Of a stretch of DNA of 64,000 nt, positions 1 to 8,903 are shown piece by piece. The DNA lies in the NCBI GenBank assembly GCA_944322585.1, contig CALUPB010000002.1, positions 4,729 to 68,728 of the forward strand, written 5' to 3'. The notes beneath the pieces are model-generated. The model made no database searches, was not told the origin of the DNA, and saw nothing but the letters and a program-made list of their open reading frames with translations. Origin of the DNA: an uncultured Bacteroidales bacterium (lineage in GTDB: Bacteria > Bacteroidota > Bacteroidia > Bacteroidales > UBA932). The first letter of the stretch is position 1, and every line of letters begins with the position of its first letter. The position numbers were made by a program, and so were the translations under genes.

Positions 1-108
1 AGTTATCGGAGACAGTTCGGCATACTGCTCATCCTCAAGGGAATAGCAGGCGACCGCCATAGGAACAGCCAGCGCTGCACATAATATTTTGGAAACTGTG
101 TTTTTCAT
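1..108 (-). CDS. Partial (5' end only) lipoprotein, probably a PKD-like family lipoprotein of the SusC/D-DUF4843 locus
   Basis: ATG at 108 opens MKNTVSKILCAALAVPMAVACYSLEDEQYAELSPIT, which runs off the window edge. It has a lipoprotein signal (AVAC) and the usual position after DUF4843. Confidence 0.6.
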   Translation of the reverse strand, partial: MKNTVSKILCAALAVPMAVACYSLEDEQYAELSPIT

Positions 109-117
109 AAATAAATA

Positions 118-1017
118 TTATCTAAGCATTGATAACGGATTTGCCCAATACTCTCCTGAAGTTCCTCTGTCCGCGAAGTTTTCTTTTTTCGGATCATCAG
201 GATGTTGCTCATAATAATCTTTATAATAATTATACAAAGGTATCAGGACATATGTAGCCCACATGGCAGAATTTTCCGATTGCCAAAATCCAAGAGATAA
301 TCCTTCCTTATCAATATTTTCTCCATAGAGTTCCAATAATTGTTCATATAATGAAGGATTCTTATTTTCAATTGCACGATAGTAATCAAGCATTTTTCGG
401 AATTTATCAGGATAAAATGTCCCAACCGTTTTTTGCCACCCTAACATTACATCAGTACTTGTTTCATACCCCCACCAGTACGGACATGACGGATCGCCTG
501 CATTGACCAACAGGCTGAACTGAGGCGAAGCAATCGCCCTCAAATCTGTACTGTCAGGATCCATAGGAAGGAATTCCTCGTCCTCGACAATCCTGAATGT
601 CAGCTTTATATAATTGTCTGACATCTCGTCTGTCTTCTGCAGAGTAATATTCACATCAGTCTCCACAGCTCCGGCAGGAATAACAAGTTCTTCCTCCATA
701 CTGAAGTCAATTCCTTCCCGAGCTGTCAGTACAGGAATATTGTCTGCTCCATTATTATAAACTTCCCCGTCTTCTGCAGGTATATATTTTATATGGAAAG
801 TCCTGTCATAATCTACAGGCATACCCATCATTTTGACTGTAGTCTTATAATCTATAGTCTCATCGGTTATCAGAGCAAAAGACACAATTTCCGGAGTCGG
901 AAGGACCTCGAAATAAAGCCTGTCCTTCTGGCTCGTGTCATACATCAGCCAGGTGCCCTGGCAGGACACCAGAGCAAGGGCAGCAACAATGCATATCAAT
1001 TTTATTATGGTTTTCAT
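118..1017 (-). CDS. DUF4843-like surface lipoprotein
   Basis: Lipobox (LVSC), beta-rich N-terminal domain, and C-terminal PxWW...G.F...K motif typical of DUF4843 proteins downstream of SusD. Confidence 0.7.
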   Translation of the reverse strand: MKTIIKLICIVAALALVSCQGTWLMYDTSQKDRLYFEVLPTPEIVSFALITDETIDYKTTVKMMGMPVDYDRTFHIKYIPAEDGEVYNNGADNIPVLTAREGIDFSMEEELVIPAGAVETDVNITLQKTDEMSDNYIKLTFRIVEDEEFLPMDPDSTDLRAIASPQFSLLVNAGDPSCPYWWGYETSTDVMLGWQKTVGTFYPDKFRKMLDYYRAIENKNPSLYEQLLELYGENIDKEGLSLGFWQSENSAMWATYVLIPLYNYYKDYYEQHPDDPKKENFADRGTSGEYWANPLSMLR

Positions 1018-1035
1018 CTCATTGTCATTTAAACG

Positions 1036-2463
1036 TTATTCATCCCTGTTCTCCTCCTCGCTTGTAGGCAGAGGGAGCATATAGGTATTGACATCGGAAC
1101 CATCCAGCAATATTGTGGAAGTAGCCTGGATATCCTTGCCGAGACGTTTCATGTCAAACCAGTGGAAACCCTCGCCGTAGAACTCTTTGCGGCGTTCGGT
1201 GTACAGGTTGTCCGCGGTGACAGTATGTCCCGCTTCGGTAAAACTGTCAAGGCCGCGGGTGGTGATGACGGCATCGAAATATTTCGTGGCCTCCGCCGGG
1301 TCGGACTCCAACAGGGACTCCGCCATGATATAGTACATCTCCGGGATCCTTATCAGGCTGACGCCGAGGATAGAGCTGCCGGAATATGATGTCCCGTCGA
1401 TATATGCCCTGTTGACGAGATTGCAGTAAGTCTCACCGTTGAACCATGCCGACAGTCTGGCATCGGACCCGGTAGAGGCAGACCCGTCGTCATAAAGAGA
1501 AATCCAGTCGTCATTAAGTTTAAATGTACTACTGGTACTGGTAAGCCCGTACTGACGTCCGTTCTTCTCGTTCGACTCGGTGGAATAGAATCCGAAGATG
1601 GTCTCGTTCAGGTCGAGAGTACCGTTGTCCGCCTGCACGAATGCCTGTTGCGGGCGGAAAGAGAACTTCCCGCTGGAAATCACCTTGTTTGCATATACCG
1701 CTGCATTCTCCAGGTCACCGATATACCAGTAGACACGGGCAAGGAGAGCCTGCACGGCATAGAGATTCATATGTATAATCCTGCATGAGGTAAAGCCTCC
1801 GTTGGAAGCATTGTTCCGTACGGCAGGCATCAGCTCCTCGTCACGGGCCAGACATCTCTCGGCCTCGATCAGGTCGGCGACAATCTTCTGACATGCCTCG
1901 TCCCATGTGCTGAACGGGGTGATACTGAACGAATAGCGGGATACATAAGGGATCGCCCTCTGCTTGTAGTTGTCATCCGCCCAGGCCGGCGCCCCGAAGA
2001 AACGGAGCATGTCGAAATGGAGCATTGCCCTCAGTCCCAGGGCTTCGCCCTTATAGAGAGGAGTGTCGGGATATTCATCCTCCCCGCCTGCCTCGATATG
2101 GGAGAGGATATTGTTGATATGGTTGATGGCCGTATATGCGGCTCCCCACAGCCCGTTTCTGAGAGCCGGGGCCCCGGTGGCCGTCCAGTTGGCCTGGGAC
2201 ATGTTCTGCATGCCGGTATTGGTGGTCGTGACATTGATGCTCATGACCTCCGGAAGCCAAAGCATATAGTCGCTGTACAGATAGTCTTCTGTCCCGAGCT
2301 CCGCATAGATGCCGTACAAGGCATCCTCATAGCCTTCAGCAGAGGTGAACATGTCATTGTCGAAAACTTCCCCCTTGGGATTGACATCCAGGAAGTCCGC
2401 ACAGCCCGTCATCAGAAGCGGGAAAAGCAGTCCGCCTATAATATATTGTCTTGTCTTTTTCAT
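1036..2463 (-). CDS. susD: RagB/SusD family outer membrane lipoprotein
   Basis: Start MKKTRQY at 2463, then lipobox MTGC-DFLDVNP; motifs GEALGLRAMLHFDMLRFFG, IRIPEMYYIMAE, ERRKEFYGEGFHWFDMKR. Confidence 0.93.
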   Translation of the reverse strand: MKKTRQYIIGGLLFPLLMTGCADFLDVNPKGEVFDNDMFTSAEGYEDALYGIYAELGTEDYLYSDYMLWLPEVMSINVTTTNTGMQNMSQANWTATGAPALRNGLWGAAYTAINHINNILSHIEAGGEDEYPDTPLYKGEALGLRAMLHFDMLRFFGAPAWADDNYKQRAIPYVSRYSFSITPFSTWDEACQKIVADLIEAERCLARDEELMPAVRNNASNGGFTSCRIIHMNLYAVQALLARVYWYIGDLENAAVYANKVISSGKFSFRPQQAFVQADNGTLDLNETIFGFYSTESNEKNGRQYGLTSTSSTFKLNDDWISLYDDGSASTGSDARLSAWFNGETYCNLVNRAYIDGTSYSGSSILGVSLIRIPEMYYIMAESLLESDPAEATKYFDAVITTRGLDSFTEAGHTVTADNLYTERRKEFYGEGFHWFDMKRLGKDIQATSTILLDGSDVNTYMLPLPTSEEENRDE

Positions 2464-2475
2464 AGCTTGCACATA

Positions 2476-5400
2476 TTAGAATGTCGGACGGAAAATGAGG
2501 TTGATGGAACGGCAGTACGGATAGGATGTACCCCTCTCGAACTTCACCGTTGAAATGTAGCCGATATCGGACATGCCGACTCCCACACAGAGCCGTTTCA
2601 GCCCTATCTTGCTGAGAGCCCTGGTCTGGAAATCGTATGTAAGCTGGATGTTGGAGATGTAGAGTTCGTTCCTTCTCTCCACGAACCTCTCGGAATTTAC
2701 CATCTCCCTGTCCGTGTTGATGGCCAAGTATCTCACGAGGTCGCCGGGCTGTTTCCACCTGTCTGTGTAGGCCCTTGCGTCCACATTCACCTTAGGGTCG
2801 ATATTCTCCACCTTGCTCTGGAGAGTCGTATTGTAGAAATCGCTTCCGAAAGTATAGGAAGTGCTTATCACGAGCGACAGCCCTCTCCACCGGATGGTAT
2901 TCATCCAGGAACCGGAAAGAATAGGGTTGGAGTTGCCGACAGCCACCCTGTCATCCTCGTCATAGTTGTAGGTGTAGCTTCCGTCTTTCTTTATGAATAT
3001 CTCCTGTCCCGTTGCAGGGTCGATACCGGCCGAACGTACGGCATAGATGTCGAACTGCGATCCGCCTTCCTCGAAGAGCAGCTTCGGGGCAATCTCGTCT
3101 CCGGCACCTCCGATGGCATCGGCTTCAGTCCCGGACATGGAAGTGGAGATATGCTGTATCTTGTCTATGACATGTCCGCCTGTCAGGGTCATGCTCCAGA
3201 ACCAGTCCTTGGTGCTGATGATGTGGCCCGATACGGAGAAGTCGAAACCGGTGTTGTTGATCTGGCCGAAATTGACATTCATGCTCGTCACGCCCACTGA
3301 AGGAGGGAGATTGATAGGCATAAGAAGGTCATATGTAGTGTTGGAGTACCAGTCGAAAGAGAAATCGAAGCGGCTGTCGAACATGGAGGCCGTGATACCT
3401 ACGTTGTTGTTGAACTTCTTCTGCCATTTCAGTTCGCTGTTACCCATGCTGACAGGGACTGCTCCGATACCGGTATAATACTGATAGTCCGAATCATACT
3501 GATAGACAGTCTTGGCCTGGTAATAGTCGAACGAGACACTTCCGGTGTAACCGGTACTGTAACGCAGGGTGAGTCTGTCAAGCCATCCGGCGTTCTCCAT
3601 GAACGGTTCGTTGTGTATGTTCCAGCCTATACCGGCAGCCCAGAACGGAGCGAAACTCTGCTCGGAACCGAACCTCGACGACCCGGAAGTACGGAAGGAG
3701 GCATCCACGAAATATCTGTTGAAAAGGCTGAAGTTACCGTTGACGAAGAAACCCACTTCAGTGGCAATCCGGTCCGTCCCGGAAGGCTTGCCGCTTGTAG
3801 GATAGCCGAGCGCAAAAGAGATGTCGCTCAGTTCATCCTTAAGGAAGCCCTGACCGATGGCCGTAGCGGAACGGCTGCGGGTATACTGGATATTGGAACC
3901 GCCGCTGATACGGAACATGGAACCCCTGTCGCCGATAGGACGGCCGTAGTTGAGGACTATCTTGCCGTCATAGGTCTCGCTGTCCCGCTTGGAGAAAGTA
4001 TAGGAACCCCTCGTCGCAAGATCCGTCTTGACAATCTCGTCGGCAGAGTCCGGAGACACATAGGAATCCGACGTCCCCCAGCCGAGAGACATGCTGGCCT
4101 GGCCGGTAACATAAAAATGCTTGGTTATGTTCCATCTTGCCTGAAGGGAATTGACGAGAGACATGCTCTTGGTCTTCGAAAAGCTGGACAGGGTGGCATC
4201 GTAAAGAGGATTGATCATCCTGTCGGATGTCTCGTCATAAGGGTCGAAATAGATGTTGGCCCTCAGGTTGCCGTACTCGTCATAGGCCGGCTCGTAAGGA
4301 TTCAGACGCACATAGTCGGAGAAATCGCCGTATGGGGAATTCTTCGAATTGGTCATGGAGAAATTGGAATTGAAAGTAAGGGTCAGCCTGTCCCTGAGGT
4401 GATAGCCTACACGGAACCCGACACCGAGCTTGCGGCGGTTGTCCGCCTTCATGACTCCATATGTGTCATTGAGATTTATCGTAGCCCTGTAATCGACCTT
4501 CTCGCTGCGTGAGCTGAGGGACAGGGAATGTGAATGGCTGAACGGCACACGCAGAGGGGCATGTATCCAGTCTGTATCCACTCCCTTGCGGACATTCTGG
4601 AGCTTGTAGGCATATGCCCGGTCCATGGAACCGTCATCGGTATCGTACAGACCGGCAAGCCGTTCAAGATCGAGTTTCTGCGCGGCATTTGTCAGGTTGA
4701 ATGAAGACAGGTCAGGAATGCTGAAATTCGGCACGAAGTTGTAGCTCAACCTTACCTTGGCATCATGCACCTGCTTGCGTTCGATGACAATCACACCGTT
4801 GGCTCCTTTTTCACCATAGAGAATGGTGGCGGAAGCATCCTTCAGTACATCCACACGCTCTATGTCGAACATGTCGAGGTCATAGAGTTCCTCCATGGAT
4901 ATCTCCACTCCGTCAAGTACTATGAGAGGGTTGTTCACTCCCTCTTCGCTTTCATTGGTTATCAATGAATTGGCACCACGGATAAGCAGGGACGGGATGG
5001 CGTTAGGGTTGGAACCCTGGGCATTGTTCTCTATCATCACCATACCCGGAGTCAGGGCGACGATACCCTGGATGAGGTTGGTCGGAGACACCTGTATCAG
5101 TTCCTCTCCCTTGATGGTGGTGGCCACTCCGGTAAACGAGGCCCTGGACTGGGAATAGAAACCGTTGACGACCACCTCATCGAGGTTGGAATCCGATTTA
5201 AGGCTGACATTCACCTGACCGGAACCGGTCACTTCCCTCTCCTGGGACTGCATGCCTATGAAAGAAAATATCAGGACATTGTCCTTGTCAGGGATTCTTG
5301 CAAACTCGATGGAATAGTTTCCGTCAATGTCCGAAGCGACTCCGGCCTTGGTTCCCTGAAGCTGGACAGCTGCACCGGGAAGCGGTTCCCCGTTCTCGTC

Positions 5401-5802
5401 GGTAATCTTTCCGAAGACCGTTATCCTGTTGAGATGGGTCTCCGAACGGATGACTATGGAACCGTCCACCACATAATAGCTCAGGCGGCTTCCGGCGAGG
5501 CAGGCATCCAGAATGGAAGCTATTGTCTGGTGTCTGAATTCCTTTGTGACCTTAGGGAGTTTGGCCACCTCGGAAGCATTGAAAATCACCTTGATCCCGC
5601 TTGCCTTCCCGATACTGGCAAGGACATCGGCGACAGGAAGATCATTGGCGGTAACAGTCACCCGCTTCTGCAGAATCTCGTTACCGGCAATCTTGCTCTG
5701 GGCATAGGCTCCCGTAGACATGACTACAAGGAACAGGATGCCCGACAGCAGCACCCGGGCCCATTGCCCGGAAACTGCGACTGTGCGCAACAATTTTTCC
5801 AT
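2476..5802 (-). CDS. susC: SusC/RagA TonB-dependent transporter with N-terminal STN domain
   Basis: STN-like segment (VLASIGKASGIKVIFN), carboxypeptidase-like domain (GEPLPGAAV), plug motif DIERVDVLKDASATILYG...GANGVIVI, C-terminal Phe. Confidence 0.95.
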   Translation of the reverse strand: MEKLLRTVAVSGQWARVLLSGILFLVVMSTGAYAQSKIAGNEILQKRVTVTANDLPVADVLASIGKASGIKVIFNASEVAKLPKVTKEFRHQTIASILDACLAGSRLSYYVVDGSIVIRSETHLNRITVFGKITDENGEPLPGAAVQLQGTKAGVASDIDGNYSIEFARIPDKDNVLIFSFIGMQSQEREVTGSGQVNVSLKSDSNLDEVVVNGFYSQSRASFTGVATTIKGEELIQVSPTNLIQGIVALTPGMVMIENNAQGSNPNAIPSLLIRGANSLITNESEEGVNNPLIVLDGVEISMEELYDLDMFDIERVDVLKDASATILYGEKGANGVIVIERKQVHDAKVRLSYNFVPNFSIPDLSSFNLTNAAQKLDLERLAGLYDTDDGSMDRAYAYKLQNVRKGVDTDWIHAPLRVPFSHSHSLSLSSRSEKVDYRATINLNDTYGVMKADNRRKLGVGFRVGYHLRDRLTLTFNSNFSMTNSKNSPYGDFSDYVRLNPYEPAYDEYGNLRANIYFDPYDETSDRMINPLYDATLSSFSKTKSMSLVNSLQARWNITKHFYVTGQASMSLGWGTSDSYVSPDSADEIVKTDLATRGSYTFSKRDSETYDGKIVLNYGRPIGDRGSMFRISGGSNIQYTRSRSATAIGQGFLKDELSDISFALGYPTSGKPSGTDRIATEVGFFVNGNFSLFNRYFVDASFRTSGSSRFGSEQSFAPFWAAGIGWNIHNEPFMENAGWLDRLTLRYSTGYTGSVSFDYYQAKTVYQYDSDYQYYTGIGAVPVSMGNSELKWQKKFNNNVGITASMFDSRFDFSFDWYSNTTYDLLMPINLPPSVGVTSMNVNFGQINNTGFDFSVSGHIISTKDWFWSMTLTGGHVIDKIQHISTSMSGTEADAIGGAGDEIAPKLLFEEGGSQFDIYAVRSAGIDPATGQEIFIKKDGSYTYNYDEDDRVAVGNSNPILSGSWMNTIRWRGLSLVISTSYTFGSDFYNTTLQSKVENIDPKVNVDARAYTDRWKQPGDLVRYLAINTDREMVNSERFVERRNELYISNIQLTYDFQTRALSKIGLKRLCVGVGMSDIGYISTVKFERGTSYPYCRSINLIFRPTF

Positions 5803-5818
5803 AATGTCGGTTTGTTAC

Positions 5819-5915
5819 GGGGCTGCCGGCTTCCAAAGCCGCCAACCGGCTGATTCCGGCAGTCCCCAAGTTGTTTTATATGAGTAATAGTGTGAAACCG
5901 CCTTATCGGCAGTTT
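5819..5915 (-). other. Intergenic stem-loops between the metalloprotease and susC
   Basis: Arms GGGGCTGCCGG (5819-5829) and CCGGCAGTCCCC (5856-5867) enclose an inner AGCCG/CGGCT stem. A second 8-bp stem lies at about 5895-5915. Confidence 0.55.
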
Positions 5916-5927
5916 GGGAGAAACCGG

Positions 5928-8636
5928 CTACTTGGTGTCATCAAGAGCCTTCTGTAGATTGTAAAGAAGAGCCTCGTAATGGACACGGGTATCTCCGGAT
6001 GTCGAAGGGATGACGGACTTCAGCAACCGCGATATGCGCTGTACCTCACCGTAGAAAAGGGTCTTGGACTCATCGACTGTACGGGTGTTGACCCTGTACT
6101 GCCATCCGTAGCCCGCAGGACCGAATTCGACCGGAAGAATCCTGGAAGCCACATATCCCGTCCCGTACTCTTCATCGAGAGACCTGAACAGGTCGATATT
6201 CCCCGCAAGCATCCCGGTACGGTCAAGCCCGAATGCCACCATATGGTCTACAGACGGCATATATGCCGCATCCGGAGCCACAGAAGTGATGGAAGCCACC
6301 TTCACGAGTGTCGTCTTCTTGGTGACAGCCGTGGTAAGCATGGTGGCATAGAGATTCTGAAGAATACGGTCACCGGCATCCGGACGGCGGCCCTTGATGG
6401 CACTTTCCCAGACTCCTGCATACATGTCATCAAGCCAGTTCCTGAGAGTATATGCCTCTGCCGGGGAATCCGCCACATGGGACGAGAGCATCACATTCTT
6501 GTAGGTGTCGAAAAGCTCCAGCGCAGTATAATACTGGAAAATAGGTTCCAGGCTTACCCTGAGAGCGAATTTCTCCGTAAGATCCCTGTCCACGATCCAG
6601 TCGCAGTTCTTGAGCTGGTCGAGAGTCCATTTTACCGACTTGCGCTGGATTTCCTTAGGCACCGCCACAGCCGGATCGCCCGGAGTACCGGCCTTGACGG
6701 AAGTAAGATATATTCCGCCTATATTCAGCATCACGGCCTTGAGGTAGCGGTTGTACTGGTTGGCAAGATTCTCATACCGGCTTTCGCGCAGGGATGCATC
6801 CGGATCATACTCATCCGGCATCCACTCGTCAAAATGGGCAAGGATATACTTAAGGTTCTTCACTCCATAGTCGGCAGCCTTGACAGGATCATCGCCGAGA
6901 TCCTCCTCGATGGCACTCGGGTCATATCTGTGTACGACCTGCTGACGGCCATAACGGAATCTCGGGTCTCCCGCCCTGTCATCGACCCATTTTTCGATCA
7001 CCTTGGCCTCATCTTTCACTGTAGCGGCGTCAAGGACGGGCTCATAGGCATATTTTACAAGGAAATAGTCATAGACACCGAGCTGAGGAGGAGTCAGGGA
7101 CACGCCCTTGTCCTCCGGCTGGGCGACATAATTGAACCGGGCATAGTCCATTATGGACGGAGTAGTACCGTATTTCGCCGTAAATGAAGGGCTGCGGAGA
7201 GAATCCACTGGAAAAGCCGCAGAAGCAGCCATATTGTGCATGAAGCCGAGGCAATGGCCTACCTCATGGGCTATGACATATTCTATAGACTCGATGAGGA
7301 CATCATCCGGCATCTGCCTTGCCCTCACACGCGGGTCGAGCTGGGCGGTCTGGACAAACCGCCAGTTGTTGATGACTTTCAATATGTCATTATATACAAT
7401 GACCGACGCATTGATGATCTCACCGGTCGACGGGTCGACCCATGACGGCCCCATCGCATTGGCAATCATCGACGGAACATACCTGATGCATGAATACTTG
7501 AGATTGTCCGGGTCGAATTCCGGATCTTCATCAGGGGCAGGGAAATCCCTTACCTGCAAAGCGTTTTTGAAACCGATAGCCTCAAACGCCTTGTTCCAGC
7601 GGAGGACAGCCCTCTTTGCAGGCTCTTTCCAGAGAGCAGGGAAAGCATCATCTATATAGAATACTATGGGCTTGACCGGCTCCACCAGCTCCCCTCTCGC
7701 CCATGCGGCGGAGTCGGAAGGCTGGACATCCCAGCGGTGGATCACCGAATAGCGGTATATGCGGTCGACATCCGCATTGAGATCCGTCCTGCCCGTATTG
7801 AATATTCCCACGCGGGAATCGGACACGCGCGGACGCATTTTCTTCTCCGGAAGCAGCAGAATCGTACGGGTAACCCCGACGGAAAACGGCTGGTTGTCCT
7901 TCAGCCGTACAAGCTGCATCAGATTCGCGGAAACATTGTAGGAAAGAGTGGACTTGATTGTGACATTGTCCGAAAAGGCTTTTATCTCGCCCAACGATGT
8001 CCCGCTGCCGTTATAGGAGGCTGTTAAATTGATACCCCCCCCAGCGTTACCTGACTTTATCGGGGCAAGCTTGTCGTAACTGCCTGCAAACATCTTGGTC
8101 ACATCGAAAACCACAGCAGTGGAATCATTGTTCCAGCAAGTGAGTTTCCATGAATCGAGGACAGGATCCATTGAATTGAGTTTCACGGCCTTGGACATCT
8201 GTGCATTATCCTTGTCATAGTCAGGAAGGACATTGACCTCTGTCAGGAACACCGTGCTGTCCACCATGCTGAATTTGACATACATGGGAGCCGTCGGCTT
8301 GTAGCCGATGGAAGCGAGGTCCGCAGCACTTGTCTCCGATATGGTAGATGCAATCAGCATTTCGCGGTCAAGGGAAGATAGGGGAAGCTCTATGTACAGC
8401 TTGCCCTTGGACTTATGGAGAGTCATGAAACCTCCTTCGGCGCGTGCTGTCACACAATTTCTGTCTTTCACGAAAGTCTTGTCATATTTCGAGACTTTCT
8501 TCCTGTCGGCGGAATCTTTCTTTTCCGAAAGTTCCGTCTTCTGCTTCTTCCTGGATCTGGCATCAGCCCAACCGCTGTCGGTCACGGAAGGCACCAGTGC
8601 CAGGCACATAAGTACGATTAAAAGCCTTTTCATCAC
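5928..8636 (-). CDS. Zinc-dependent metalloprotease (DUF5117/DUF5118/DUF4953, EcxA-like metzincin)
   Basis: Signal peptide; HEVGHCLGFMH zinc motif followed by Met-turn SIMDY; DPRTGEI-like motif (VDPSTGEIINA). Confidence 0.9.
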   Translation of the reverse strand: MMKRLLIVLMCLALVPSVTDSGWADARSRKKQKTELSEKKDSADRKKVSKYDKTFVKDRNCVTARAEGGFMTLHKSKGKLYIELPLSSLDREMLIASTISETSAADLASIGYKPTAPMYVKFSMVDSTVFLTEVNVLPDYDKDNAQMSKAVKLNSMDPVLDSWKLTCWNNDSTAVVFDVTKMFAGSYDKLAPIKSGNAGGGINLTASYNGSGTSLGEIKAFSDNVTIKSTLSYNVSANLMQLVRLKDNQPFSVGVTRTILLLPEKKMRPRVSDSRVGIFNTGRTDLNADVDRIYRYSVIHRWDVQPSDSAAWARGELVEPVKPIVFYIDDAFPALWKEPAKRAVLRWNKAFEAIGFKNALQVRDFPAPDEDPEFDPDNLKYSCIRYVPSMIANAMGPSWVDPSTGEIINASVIVYNDILKVINNWRFVQTAQLDPRVRARQMPDDVLIESIEYVIAHEVGHCLGFMHNMAASAAFPVDSLRSPSFTAKYGTTPSIMDYARFNYVAQPEDKGVSLTPPQLGVYDYFLVKYAYEPVLDAATVKDEAKVIEKWVDDRAGDPRFRYGRQQVVHRYDPSAIEEDLGDDPVKAADYGVKNLKYILAHFDEWMPDEYDPDASLRESRYENLANQYNRYLKAVMLNIGGIYLTSVKAGTPGDPAVAVPKEIQRKSVKWTLDQLKNCDWIVDRDLTEKFALRVSLEPIFQYYTALELFDTYKNVMLSSHVADSPAEAYTLRNWLDDMYAGVWESAIKGRRPDAGDRILQNLYATMLTTAVTKKTTLVKVASITSVAPDAAYMPSVDHMVAFGLDRTGMLAGNIDLFRSLDEEYGTGYVASRILPVEFGPAGYGWQYRVNTRTVDESKTLFYGEVQRISRLLKSVIPSTSGDTRVHYEALLYNLQKALDDTK

Positions 8637-8689
8637 AATTTTTTAATATAAACTTTATAGCAAAACAGTGCAAGTTATAATTTTTTAAT

Positions 8690-8708
8690 TGAAAAATCAA
8701 ATCCGCTG
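8690..8708. repeat. Left copy of 19-bp direct repeat TGAAAAATCAAATCCGCTG
   Basis: Identical to 10200-10218. Confidence 0.95.
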
Positions 8709-8811
8709 TTCCTTGCCGGCGATTGTCTACTTTGGGAAAAATGTTCAACTGAAAAAATTTCCCCGTGTCTACTTTTCTGCGCTGCTATACATTGTTGCTG
8801 TATTGTTGCCA

Positions 8812-8868
8812 AAAAGTTCGGAACAAACTTGGCGAAAAGTTCGGAGTAAATTTGTCTAAAAGTTCGGA
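8812..8868 (+). repeat. Three direct repeats of AAAAGTTCGGA at 23-bp period
   Basis: Copies start at 8812, 8835 and 8858. Confidence 0.95.
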
Positions 8869-8881
8869 ATCCGTATCTTTG
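8851..8881 (+). promoter_or_regulatory. Bacteroidetes sigma-A promoter of the AAA/DUF4143 gene
   Basis: TTTG (8851-8854), 19-nt spacer, TATCTTTG (8874-8881). Confidence 0.75.
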
Positions 8882-8903
8882 CAGGAGAAATGAAACTTAC
8901 GCC

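Noticed and set aside
5979-7187. 402-aa plus-strand ORF and similar long antisense ORFs (3613-4512, 12361-13311, 13858-14856, 17630-18592, 32745-33887)
   Set aside because: All are shadows of strongly supported genes on the opposite strand and have no family motifs.
8812-8880. 23-bp-period repeats as a mini CRISPR array
   Set aside because: The conserved unit is only 11 bp with 12-bp spacers, there are no cas genes, and it overlaps a promoter; an operator array fits better.
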